Positions 10,328 through 20,879 of a stretch of 27,706 nt of DNA are shown piece by piece. Below the pieces are notes generated by a model that did no database searches, had not been told where the DNA came from, and saw nothing but the letters and a program-made list of their open reading frames with translations. Position numbers and translations under genes: made by a program. How positions within the stretch are numbered: the first letter of the stretch is position 1; the number at the start of each line of letters is the position of its first letter. The stretch comes from Octopus sinensis (lineage: Eukaryota), in NCBI RefSeq assembly GCF_006345805.1, contig NW_021833390.1:1-27706 (forward strand), written 5' to 3'.

Positions 10328-10750
10328 TCATCATCATCATCATCATTTAACGTCCGCTTTCCATGCTAGCATGGGTTGGACGGTTCAACTGGGGTCTGGG
10401 AAGCCCGAAAGCTGCACCAGTCCAGTCAGATCTGGCAGTGTTTCTACAGCTGGATGCCCTTCCTAACGCCAACCACTCCGAGAGTGTAGTGGGTGATTTT
10501 ATGTGCCACCGACACAGGTGCCAGACGAGGCTGGCAAACGGCCACGCTCGGATGGTGTTTTTTATGTGCCACCGACACAGGTGCCAGACGAGGCTGGCAG
10601 ACGGCCACGCTCGGATGGTGTTTTTATGTGCCACCGACACAGGTGCCAGATGAGGCTGGCAAACAGCCACGATCGGATGGTGTTTGTTACGTGCCCACAG
10701 CACGGAGGCCAGTCGATGCGGTACTGGCTACAGCCACGTTCGGATGGTTT
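10328..10750 (-). mobile_element. Family A element with 3-4 internal 62-bp repeats
   Basis: CAT tail, core and GTGCCACCGACACAGGTGCCAGACGAGGCTGGC repeats. Confidence 0.8.
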
Positions 10751-10787
10751 TCTTGTGTGATATATATATATGTGTGTGTGTGTGTGT

Positions 10788-11073
10788 GGAGATGCAATGG
10801 CCCAGTGGTTAGGGCAGCGGACTCGCGGTCGTAGGATTGCGCTTTCGATTCCCAGACCAGGCGTTGTGAGTGTTTATTAAATTTCCACGAGGCTCCAGCA
10901 GGGGATGGTGGCAATCCCTGTTGTACTCTTTCCCCACAACTTTCTCTTACTCTTTCTTCTGTTGGCCTGGTCGCTTAGCCAGCAGGGTGGTGTCATTTGA
11001 AGGCTAAAACACTGCAAAGCGGATTGTGATCAGCGATGTGTAGCAACGTCTGATAGCCTGGTCGATCACGGTG

Positions 11074-11076
<3 letters not shown>
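10788..11076 (+). mobile_element. tRNA(Arg-like)-derived SINE, family C, full length
   Basis: GGAGATGCAATGGCCCAGTGGTTAGGGCAGCGGACTCGCGG...TTCGATTCCC head; inverted copy at 17313-17611. Confidence 0.8.
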
Positions 11077-11111
<35 letters not shown>

Positions 11112-11202
11112 GAAAGGTGCAGGAGTGGCTGTGTGGTAAGACTCCCTGCCCCCACTGCCATTTATACACTCCCGCTTGCTCCCAAGAATCAGATAAACTT
11201 AC

Positions 11203-11302
11203 CGCTGGTGAGAATGGTTTTCAAGTTTTTCAAGAATTTGTTCTTGTAAGACAATGCATTCTTTGCTTCTACATTTGCCATGGTGTAGTTATCTAGGAGA
11301 GC
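11203..11302 (-). CDS. HAUS3: HAUS3 exon (100 nt, phase 0 to 1): ALLDNYTMANVEAKNALSYKNKFLKNLKTILTS
   Basis: Poly-T tract plus tgtAG, GTAAGT donor; G|CT joins the next exon. Confidence 0.88.
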
Positions 11303-11434
11303 CTACAGAAGAAACGAAAAAAAAAGTCAACAAAACACAATCTCTATGTGTGTATGTATATGTTTGTGTGTATCGCTACTGACCTGAATTCACACAATAA
11401 CACCCAGTAAAAAAAAGAAAAAAAACATTGGGAA

Positions 11435-11611
11435 AGGCGCAGGAGCGGCTGTGTGGTAAGTAGCTTGCTTACCAACCACATGGTTCCAGGTTCATTCCCA
11501 CTGCATGGCACCTTGGGCAAGTGTCTTTTACTATAGCCTAGGCCGACCAAAGCCTAGTGAGTGGATTTGGTAGACGGAAACTGAAAGAAGCCCGTCATAT
11601 ATATGTATGTG

Positions 11612-11644
<33 letters not shown>

Positions 11645-11835
11645 ACTTGTTTCAGTCATTTTGACTGCGGCCATGCTGGTGCACCGCCTTTAATCGAGCA
11701 ACTCGACCCCGGGACTTATTCTTTGTAAACCCAGTACTTATTCTATCGGTCTGTTTTGCCGAACCGCTAAGTGACGGGGACATAAATACACCAGCATCAG
11801 TTGTCAAGCGATGTTGGGGGGGACAAACACACACA

Positions 11836-11875
<40 letters not shown>

Positions 11876-12040
11876 TACGACGGGCTTCTTTCAGTTTCCG
11901 TCTACCAAATCCACTCACAAGGCTTTGGTCGGCCCGAGGCAATAGTAGAAGACACTTGCCCAAGGTGCCACGCAGTGGGACTGAACCCGGAACCATGTGG
12001 TTGGTAAACAAGCTACTTACCACACAGCTACTCCTGCACC
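11435..12040. mobile_element. Tail-to-tail SINE family E pair (+ 5' half 11435-11600; - full copy 11643-12040)
   Basis: GGCGCAGGAGTGGCTGTGTGGTAAG head (A box TGGCTGTGTGG, B box GGTTCAGTCC) and an internal microsatellite. Confidence 0.85.
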
Positions 12041-12121
12041 TTTATATATAAATAAATAACTAGATCCCACAGACAACCGAACTTTCACGCACCCTCTATA
12101 TATATATATATATATTATATA

Positions 12122-12263
12122 TATATAAGAAATTAAAAAAGGAAAATATGCACTCTTTACATAGTTTTAATATAAATTAAATATATTGTATAATTAAATA
12201 TATATATAAATATATTAAAACTATGTAAAGAGTGCGTATTTTCCTTTTACAATTTCTTATATA
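12122..12263. repeat. Hairpin with 53-bp arms and 36-nt loop
   Basis: 12122-12174 versus reverse complement of 12211-12263: 3 mismatches. Confidence 0.9.
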
Positions 12264-12359
12264 CATTACAACTCACCAAGTGGGGATAATCGAAATTCCT
12301 CTTTTCTGTTACTATATATATATATATGTCTGTGTATGTATGTATGTGTACGTGTGTGT

Positions 12360-12567
12360 ATATGCTTATGTGTCTTTGTTTGTCCCCCAACATCGCTTGA
12401 CAACCGATGCTGGTGTGTTTACATTCCCGTATCTTAGCGGTTCGGCAAAAGAGACCGATAGAATAAGTACTGGACTTACAAAGAATAAGTCCCGGGGTCG
12501 ATTTGCTCGACTAAAGGCGGTGATCCAGCATGGCCGCAGTCAAATAACTGAAACGAGTAAAAGAGTA
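12360..12567 (+). mobile_element. SINE family E 3' half
   Basis: ...CCAGCATGGCCGCAGTCAAATAACTGAAACGAGTAAAAGA end. Confidence 0.8.
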
Positions 12568-12601
12568 TACAAAAATTCCAAAGTAATGCCATTCAAATTA
12601 C

Positions 12602-12754
12602 CTGCCTAGACTTGCTCTGGCTTTTCATCGTGGACAGCGCCATGTAGACCGAAGTTAGCAAATGGTGCAAGTTGAGCTGGTTTTCATTTTCAACTTGGCA
12701 GCAAGTGGAGACGAACTCATATCGTGCTTTCTGCAACAAGACCTGTTCCAGCAC
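12602..12754 (-). CDS. HAUS3: HAUS3 exon (153 nt, phase 0 to 0): VLEQVLLQKARYEFVSTCCQVENE...SKSRQ
   Basis: cctcAG / GTAATT. Resembles recalled HAUS3 VLNQLIKQKASFELLQLSYEIE. Confidence 0.92.
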
Positions 12755-13001
12755 CTGAGGAAATTTTTAAAGAGAACGAAACAAAGAAAATCCAACATTC
12801 CTGACTTTAGAGATTGGCCATAATAACAGAAAAAAAATAAATAACCGTTTTCTCACAATATTTCTGTTGAAATATGTAGCGGGAGAAATTGATTATGAAG
12901 AATATTATAAAATATCGGAATCAGTAGTTGTAATGATAAAAATTTGTTGTTATAATTGAATACTGTAGGATGTGAAAGATGAACAATGCATGATGTTTTA
13001 A

Positions 13002-13309
13002 CCCCTTACCCGGCAGAAACGAATATATACGTTTTGACCGAAATCGTTTTTTTTCTATCTCTGGCGAGTTAACTCGTCAAAAGATAGACTCACCAAATTG
13101 ACAGCAAACGAGTTCCTTCGTCTAAAAACGGGTTAACTCGTTTCTGCCCAAAGCGGTAATTTAAAATCAATATTATTGAATTAAAATTCATAATAAATAA
13201 GGTTTGAAATATACCTCGAAATCACCATTCAAAACATAGTAAAATAAAACAATTAAATAATATGTCTGAAAAAATACATTTATTTTCAAAATAATTGTTG
13301 GGTAAGGGG
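13002..13309. mobile_element. piggyBac-type MITE (308 bp)
   Basis: TTAA|CCCCTTACCC...GGGTAAGGGG|TTAT: 10-bp TIR. GGCAGAAACGA / TCGTTTCTGCC form an internal inverted repeat. Confidence 0.7.
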
Positions 13310-13503
13310 TTATGGAAATATTTATTTACTGTTACATTACAATACCTTGCCTCGACTGGCAGGTTATGTTAAATCCAAAAGCATGTGAAGTAAAGTTTGT
13401 GTTTTTGTCCTCTTCAGTGTTTAGTAGTAAATACAGAGAGAGATAGAATGATGTTGTAAGAGAACAGAATTAGAGCTAGTGAGAGTTGTAGGGTGTGGGA
13501 TGT

Positions 13504-13799
13504 TGTCTCACAGTTGCTGACAGTAAACTTTATTTTTCACTCTGACCAAGGTTCTAGCTGGTCAGCCAGAATCTGTTGTCACCGAAGTGACTACCTGGTT
13601 GAGTCGTCACCATGTGACAGGACTCGAGTCGTCACCGACTGTGACTAACTGATTTTTGTTTGGGCTGTGCTTACTTTTATAACTAACCAGAATGATAGAC
13701 ATATCATTGAGAACAATAGATTTAGTTGGTGGTCTTGTTATCTGTATTCCAGCTTTTGGTGAAGTAGAAGAGGTTAGAAAGGGTCAAGTGGTGAAGACA
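13504..13799 (-). mobile_element. Probable solo LTR (296 bp)
   Basis: TGTCT..AGACA termini with flanks ATGT/TTGT. On the minus strand: TATAAAAG (13681-13674), TCAGTT Inr 31 nt later, AATAAA 25 nt before the end. Confidence 0.55.
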
Positions 13800-13904
13800 T
13801 TGTTTCGGCCTAGCTAAAAGCATCTGAAAAATGTAAAACTGCTGTCAGAAAAACCATTGTTCCACCGCAGGAAAAGTTCTGTTGCAGTGTTAATTTAAAT
13901 TTAG

Positions 13905-14075
13905 CTGTGGTACACTCTGTAAAGTGGTTGGAGACAGGAAGGGCATCTGGCTATAAAAATCACACCAAAGCAGACAACTGGAGCCTGGTGCAGCCCTCAG
14001 GCTTCCCAGCTCCTATCCAACAATCCAACCCATGCCAGCATGGAAAGCAGATTTTAAGTGATGATTGATGATGAT
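13905..14075 (+). mobile_element. Family A element, degenerate 3' part
   Basis: GGAAGGGCATCTGGCT core, (ATG)n tail. Confidence 0.65.
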
Positions 14076-14116
14076 GCTGATTACCCAGCAACTAAAAAAA
14101 AAACCCCCATACCCAC

Positions 14117-14291
14117 CTGGTTCAGCTGGTCCAGATAGTGTTCCTTCCGAGCCAACTTCAGGCCATAATAACAATCCAAAATCTTGTTCTCTTGACGTAA
14201 TCTGTTCTGCTGGATGAGGGGCAGAAGATCATTCTTAAACAGATTAACTATACTTGAACTGGATCGCAGTTTCTTGGCATCTTCTTTTAGT
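14117..14291 (-). CDS. HAUS3: HAUS3 exon (175 nt, phase 2 to 0): LKEDAKK...ILDCYYGLKLARKEHYLDQLNQ
   Basis: tttcAG / GTGGGT. Resembles recalled HAUS3 KGDFDLQIAKQDYYTARQE. Confidence 0.92.
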
Positions 14292-14342
14292 CTGAAATAT
14301 AGTAGGAATTTATGAGTATCTATCAATCTATATAATATATAT

Positions 14343-14423
14343 ATACATATTACACACACACATATATATATATATACACACATATTACACACACACACAC
14401 ACATATATATATATACACATATT

Positions 14424-14454
<31 letters not shown>

Positions 14455-14462
14455 CACATATT

Positions 14463-14497
<35 letters not shown>

Positions 14498-14504
14498 CAC
14501 ATAT

Positions 14505-14538
<34 letters not shown>

Positions 14539-14588
14539 CATATTACACACACACCACACATATATATATATATATATATACACATATT

Positions 14589-14637
<49 letters not shown>

Positions 14638-14655
14638 TATATATATACACATATT

Positions 14656-14688
<33 letters not shown>

Positions 14689-14770
14689 CACATATTACAC
14701 ACACACACACATATATATATATACACATATTACACACACACACACACACATATATATATACACACATATT

Positions 14771-14805
<35 letters not shown>
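14343..14805. repeat. Higher-order microsatellite: about 13 units of CATATTA(CA)n(TA)n
   Basis: CATATTAC anchor recurs every about 30-40 bp. Confidence 0.9.
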
Positions 14806-14815
<10 letters not shown>

Positions 14816-14819
14816 TATA

Positions 14820-15028
14820 CTCTTTTACTTGTTTCAGTCATTTGACTGCGGCCATGCTGGAGCACCGCCTTTAGTCGAGCAACTCGACCCCGGGACTTAT
14901 TCTTTTGTAAGCCCAGTACTTATTCTATCGGTCTCTTTTGCCGAACCGCTAAGTGACGGAGACATAAACACACCAGCATCAGTTCTCAAGCGATGTTGGA
15001 AGGGACAAACACAGACACACAAACATAT

Positions 15029-15059
<31 letters not shown>

Positions 15060-15225
15060 CGACGGGCTTCTTTCAGTTTCCGTCTACCAAATCCACTCAC
15101 AAGGCTTTGGTCGGCCCGAGGCTACAGTAGAAGACACTTGCCCAAGATGCCACGCAGTGGGACTGAACCCAGAACCATGAGTTTGGTTAGCAAGCTACTT
15201 ACCACACAGCCACTCCTGCGCCTAT
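14820..15225 (-). mobile_element. SINE family E, full length
   Basis: Head to tail complete on the minus strand. Confidence 0.85.
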
Positions 15226-15616
15226 AGGGTAAAATTAATTAATTAACCAATCAATTAATAATTCTACCAAGTAGTCAGTACGTTAAAAAAACCTTTTTAG
15301 GTGAATTATACAAAATATTCTATAATTATATACATAATTATAATCAGGGGTCAGCTAAGTGCCTTGCCACATACTGAATTAGAAATAGATGCTAATGTCT
15401 TTTCAACTACCATAAAAATCTCCGAGACAATAACACACTTTTTTATGTAGGTAATAAGAAAAATGATGAATCCACATGACTTCGGTTAATCAGACACGTT
15501 TTGAATTTTTTGTAAAGCCTGGTACATATTCTATTGGTTCTTTTGCTGAACCGCTAAGTTACAGAGACATAAACAAGCCAATATTGGTTGTTGAGCAGTA
15601 GTGGGGGACAAACACA

Positions 15617-16030
15617 TCATCATCATTTAGCGTCCGTACTCCATGCTAGCATGGGTTGGACGGTTCAACTGGGGTCTGTGAAGCTGGAAGGCTTCATCAG
15701 GCCCAGTCAGATCTGGCAGTGTTTCTACGGCTGGATGCCCTTCCTAACGCCAACCACTCCGAGAGTGTTGTGGGTGCTTTTTACGTGCCACCCGCACAGG
15801 TGCCAGACAGAGCTGGCAAACGGCCACGAACGGATGGTGCTTTTACACGTCACCGGCACGGGGGCCAGGCAAGACTGGCAACAGACATGAACGGATGGTG
15901 CTTTTACGTGTCACCGGCACGGGGGGGGCCAGGCAAGCCTGGCAACGGACACGAACGGATGATGCTTTTATGTGCCACCAGCACGGAGGCTAGACGGGGC
16001 GGCGCCGGCAACAAGCACGATCGGATGGTT
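15617..16030 (-). mobile_element. Family A element with about 4 internal 62-bp repeats
   Basis: CAT tail, core and repeats. Confidence 0.8.
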
Positions 16031-16311
16031 CGCTTAACCACAGCTGCAATTTCACAATAGATATTCTTTTATTCTTTTACTTGTTTCAGTCATTTGACTG
16101 TGGCCATGCTGGAGCACTGTCTTTAGTCGAGCAAATCGACCCCAGGACTTAGTCTCTGTAAGCTTAATACTTATTCCATCGATCTCTTTTGCTGAATCTT
16201 TAATGTCTGTCAAATTTAATGCTAAATAATTATAGCTTTTGAAATGCAACAACATTTTGTAAACAAATTTTGGAAGCGTCAGATATGTTTCATATTTTAC
16301 TTTGCGTCCCC

Positions 16312-16632
16312 AAAGTCTATCCCCTCCTCACCGTGGCGGGGACACTGGCAACGGGTAGTGTCAGAGCTATGCCGTCGGGAACTTCGGTCCCTGGTAGGGC
16401 CACCCAAGTTTCTGCTTCGGCAACGGCGGCTCCTCGGTCATTCTGTCCCTGCGTCTGCGGACAATCTGCGGCAAACAGGATGTCTCCACATGCGGGATTG
16501 TTGGGGACTGCTTGTGAATTCCATATTCCCACGAAACTTCTTCTATGAATTCTCAAAGGCCTCGAGGGTGCTAGAAGAAGCCGACTCAACCCGCTCAGGG
16601 TGAATGTCGCCACAAGTACAAGTAAGTAAGTA
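16312..16632. other. GC/CpG-rich unassigned insert ending in an (AAGT)n-like tail
   Basis: Abrupt GC-rich block unlike the SINE families; ACAAGTACAAGTAAGTAAGTA at 16612-16632. Confidence 0.5.
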
Positions 16633-16924
16633 TATTTTACAGACAAATGAAAGAAAAGGCAAGGAACACATTTAGTAAGGAGTTACACTGCTTTTGCATG
16701 ATATAATAATAATAATAATAATAATAATTGTGTACAGTGCTCAGGTGCACTACAACTCATCTAAAGTGTATATATAATCAGGTGTAGTTTCGGCGGATTT
16801 CGGAAAGCATGAGGGCCTTAAAGGATGCAGTGTCATGGCAGTCCACCAAGATCATAGCACAAAAAGAAAAAAAACAAACTTAATGACTGGGAGAGAATAC
16901 AGAGAATGTAAAAGTGAAACTCAC

Positions 16925-17056
16925 TTTGCTTGATAAATCCAGTTGATCTTCCTCTCCCGTAACGCTGTTAGCTTCACCTCCAAAGCACGTTTAGAGGCTG
17001 TTGTGTACTCGTGATTGATCTTGGCAGTAATTAACGACCTCTCGCTGTTTGGATAA
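16925..17056 (-). CDS. HAUS3: HAUS3 exon (132 nt, phase 2 to 2): YPNSERSLITAKINHEY...RKINWIYQA
   Basis: Long U-rich tract plus ttAG, GTGAGT donor; in frame with both neighbours. Confidence 0.88.
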
Positions 17057-17312
17057 CTAATTAACGAAACAAATAAAGAAACAGGAAGAAATAAACGAAC
17101 CACAAGTTAATGTCAACAGGTCTGCGATCAACTTTTATTTTTTACTTGTTTCAATCATTTGACTGCGACCAAGCTGGGGCAGTGTCTTGGAGAATTTTTA
17201 GCTGAATGTATTGACATCAGTATTGTGGTGAACTGCTAAGTTACAGGAATGTAAACACACCAACACTGGCAGACAAACACAAAGACACACACAAATATAT
17301 ATATATAATATA

Positions 17313-17611
17313 TATCACCGACTAGGCTATCAGATGTTGCTACACATCGCTGGTCACAATACACTTTGCATTGTTTTAGCCTTCAAATGACGCCACCGCG
17401 CTGGCTAAGCGAGCAGGCCAACAGAAGAAAGAGTGAGAGAAAGTTGTGGCGAAAGAGTACAGCAGGGATCGCCACCACCCCCTGCCGGAACTGCGTGGAG
17501 CTTTTTAGGTGATTTCGCTCGATAAACACTCACAACGCCTGGTCTGGGAATTGAAACCGCAATCCTATGACTACGAGTCTGCTGCCCTAACCACTGGGCC
17601 ACTGCGCCTCC
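17313..17611 (-). mobile_element. SINE family C, full length
   Basis: Reverse complement homolog of 10788-11076. Confidence 0.8.
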
Positions 17612-17699
17612 ACACACACACACACATATATATATATATAACAGGCTTCTTCCAATTTTCACCCACCAAATTCACTCACAAGACTTTGGTCAGCCTGAG

Positions 17700-18120
17700 G
17701 CTATAGTGCTGATGTCACGTAAAAAGCCCTGGTACTGGTCCACGTCAAAAGCACAGGTATTTGTGCCATGTCAAAAGCACAGGTGATGATGCCACGTGAA
17801 AAGAACTGGTGAGGGTGCCACGTAAAAAGGAGCTGGTGAGGGGTGCCACGTAAAAAGGACAGGTGCTGGTGCCATGTAAAAAGCACAGGTGCTGGTGCCA
17901 ATTAAAAAGCACAGGTGCTGGTGCCAATTAAAAAGCACCCAGTACACACTTGTAAAGTGGCTGGCATTACAAAGGGCATCCAGCTATAGAAGCAATGCCA
18001 GAACAGACAGTTGGAGCCTGGTGCAGCCCCCAGCCTAACCAGTTCCTGTCAAACCATCCAGCCCATGCTAGCATGGAAGAACGGACATCAAATAATATTA
18101 ATGGTGATGATAATGATGTT
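17700..18120 (+). mobile_element. Family A element with about 30-bp minisatellite (GTGCTGGTGCCACGTAAAAAGCACAG-like, about 8 copies) at its 5' side
   Basis: Repeats at 17705-17940, then core and a degenerate (ATG)n tail. Confidence 0.75.
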
Positions 18121-18127
18121 TAGGTTA

Positions 18128-18495
18128 CTCTTTTACTTGTTTCAGTCAGTTGACTGCGGCCATGCTGGAGCACCGCCTTTAGTCGAGCAAATCGACCCCG
18201 GGACTTATTCTTTGTAAGCCCAGTACTTATTCTATCGGTCTCTTTTGCCGAACCGCTAAGTGACGGGGATGTAAACACATCAGCATCGGATGTCAAGCAA
18301 TGCTAGGGGGACAAACACACAGACACACAAACACAAACACATATATATATATACACATATATACGACAGGCGTCTTTCAGTTTCCGTCTACCAAATCCAC
18401 TCACAAGGCATTGGTTGGCCCGGGGCTATAGCAGAAGACACTTGCCCAAGATGCCACGCAGTGGGACTGAACCCGGAACCATGTGGTTGGTTAGC
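18128..18495 (-). mobile_element. SINE family E, near full length
   Basis: Family match; ends about 20 nt from the HAUS3 donor at 18519. Confidence 0.8.
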
Positions 18496-18519
18496 GAAAA
18501 AATAAAAAAGCCAACTTAC

Positions 18520-18674
18520 ATGTTGCAAATTCGTCGGATTTCTTTGTTGATTGTGTCAGTCATATTTTCCGATGGTCCCCGGATCAAGGAAATCTCTGGT
18601 CTGGGGATCCCGAGTAAATCGAACCTGCTTTTGATGTTGTCCTTGTCTGAGCTGAAGCTGAATTTCTCCAACTG
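18520..18674 (-). CDS. HAUS3: HAUS3 exon (155 nt, or 152 nt via NAGNAG; phase 0 to 2): (Q)LEKFSFSSDKDNIKSRFDLLGIP...KEIRRICN
   Basis: Pyrimidine tract plus GGCAGCAG tandem acceptor, GTAAGT donor. FDLL and EIRR match recalled HAUS3 FQLLD and EMARL. Confidence 0.88.
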
Positions 18675-18754
18675 CTGCCAACAGGGGACATTAGGAAAAG
18701 TGGGGAGAAAATATAATTAGGGGGTCTGTTTATATCGTTATGAGGCTGGGGGAA

Positions 18755-19547
18755 GGGCAGCAGGCTGTCGGAATCGTTAGTACACTGGATGGAATGCTAA
18801 GCAGTGTTTTGCCTGTCGCCATGTTCTGAGTTCAAATTCCGCTGAGGTCGACTTTGCCTTCCATCCTTTTGGGGGTCAATGTAAATGACTAGTTCCTTCC
18901 CTCAAAATTTCAGCCCTTATGCCTATAGCAGAATGGATTATTATTATCTATTTCTTTACTACCCACAAGGGGCTAAACACAGAGAGGACAAACAAGGACA
19001 GACAAACGGATTAAATCGATTATATCGACCCCCAGTGCGTAACTGGTACTTATATAATTGACCCCAAAAGGATGAAAGGCAAAGTCGACTTTGGTGGAAT
19101 TTGAACTCAGAACATAACAGCAGACGAAAAACCTATTTCTTTACTACCCACAAGGGGCTAAACACAGAGAGGACAAACAAGAACAGACAAACGGATTAAG
19201 TCGATTATATCGACCCCCAGTGCGTAACTGGTACTTATTTAATCGACCCCAAAAGGATGAAAGGCAAAGTCGACCTCGGCGGAATTTCAACTCAGAAAGT
19301 AGCAGCAGACGAAATACCTATTTCTTTACTACCCACAAGGGGCTAAACACAGAGAGGATAAACAAGGACAGACAAACAGATTAAGTCGATTATATCGACC
19401 TCGGTGTGTAACTGGTACTTAATTTATCGACCTCGAAAGGATGAGAGGCAAAGTCGACCTCGGCGGAATTTGAACTCAGAACGTAACGGCAGACGAAATA
19501 CCGCTAAGCATTTCGCCCGGCGTGCTAACGATTCTGCCAGCTCACCG
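18755..19547. mobile_element. SINE B variant (+, 18755-18945) followed by a minus-strand B trimer (18946-19547)
   Basis: 185-bp period; junction GACGAAA(A/T)A|CCTATTTC at 19132 and 19317. Confidence 0.85.
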
Positions 19548-19556
19548 CATTATGGA

Positions 19557-19770
19557 TTATTATCATCATCATCATCATCATCATCATCGTTTAGCGTCCG
19601 TTTTCCATGCTAGCATGGGTTGGACGGTTCTACTGGGGTCTGTGAAGCCAGAAGGCTTCATCAGGCCCAGTCAAATCTGGCAGTGTTTCTACGGCTGGAT
19701 GCCCTTCCTAACGCCAACCACTCCGTGAGTGTAGTGGGTGCTTTTTACGTGCCACCCGCACTGGTGCCAT
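19557..19770 (-). mobile_element. Family A element
   Basis: (CAT)n tail plus core. Confidence 0.8.
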
Positions 19771-19814
19771 CATTATTAAGATGCTGAGCTGGCAGATTCG
19801 TTAGCATGCTTTTT

Positions 19815-20335
19815 GTTTTCAATCAGTAAGTGTTATTTCCCATTTGCTTGTCTAGAAATCAAAGGAAGTGACTACCATTCCCTTCACGCTTTGCTTTTAT
19901 GAGCTGGACATGAACGTTTTAAAACTGACCCATTTTACACTGCATTTCAGACAGATTCAATGCTGAGCTGCTGAAGACAAAATATCTTTTTAGCAAATAT
20001 TCTGCTCAATACCACAGATTTCCTTGTTGTCTTTGTTCAATAAGTGCTATTTCCTATTTGCTTCTATCTAGAAATCAAAGGGAATGACTACCATTCCCTT
20101 CACACTTTGCTTTTATCATCTGGACATCAATGTTTTGAAACTGACCTATTTTTCCATTACATTTCAGACAGATTCAGCTCTGAGTTGCAAAAACAGAAAT
20201 ATCTTTAGAGTAAATATTCTGCTCAATATCAAAGATTTGTTTGTTGTCTTTCGTCAGTAAATCTTATTTCCTATTTGCTTCGATCTAAAAATCAAAAGAA
20301 AGGACTACTATTCCCTTCAAACTTTGCTTTTATAC
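19815..20335. repeat. Diverged tandem repeat, about 215-bp unit, 2.4 copies
   Basis: Anchors at 19827, 20041 and 20258; not one of the SINE families. Confidence 0.85.
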
Positions 20336-20587
20336 CACTAAACATTTCGCCCGGTGTGCTAATGTTTCTGCCAGCTCGCCGCCTTATACCTATGGTAATA
20401 TTCATTCTACTCTAGACGAAATACCGCTAAGCATTTCACCTGTCGTGCTAACGTCTCTGCCAGCTCGCAGGAAAAATTAGCCATTTTCCATACTCTCTAG
20501 GAGTAAGCAAACAGGAAATAACAGTAGCTACCCAAGGACAAAAATCATGTTACAAAGTGTAATAATAAACGAGACCAGGGCACCTAC

Positions 20588-20767
20588 CTGCATGAACTGC
20601 TTTCTGAAGAAACCATCTATTTCAGAAGAAAACTTCTCCTCGACATCATAGTAGTCGCCTAGCTGTAGATGAGAGAAGTAGTGGAGCTGGCTTCTGTCTT
20701 TCGATGGCTGCAGCTGGTCTGAGATTGCCTGGACGGTCTTCACCAATTCTAGCACAGATTTGTTCAT
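20588..20767 (-). CDS. HAUS3: HAUS3 exon (180 nt, phase 0 to 0): MNKSVLELVK...FSHLQLGDYYDVEEKFSSEIDGFFRKQFMQ
   Basis: ttacAG / GTAGGT. The peptide aligns by eye with recalled human HAUS3 FLSQFSLEKYLSQEEQSTAALTLYTKKQFFQ. Confidence 0.92.
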
Positions 20768-20879
20768 CTGTAATATCAACATAATAATATATGAAGGAAT
20801 GAATGGGGTACAACCTTGAAGGGTTTGGTCCCCTCGTGGCCACAAAATAACCTCAGAACTCCCACCCCTATTTTTATGT

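Noticed and set aside
10788-10860. tRNA-like sequences (also heads of families B, D, E)
   Set aside because: They run into SINE bodies and lack a complete cloverleaf, so they are not tRNA genes.
16597-16614. CGDIHP on the minus strand, resembling a 2A ribosome-skip motif
   Set aside because: The required NPGP is absent (continues ERVES) and a stop follows soon.
19815-20335. 215-bp repeat as duplicated coding exons
   Set aside because: Stops in the frames I translated, unit lengths 214/217 break frame, and the flanking HAUS3 exons already join in phase.
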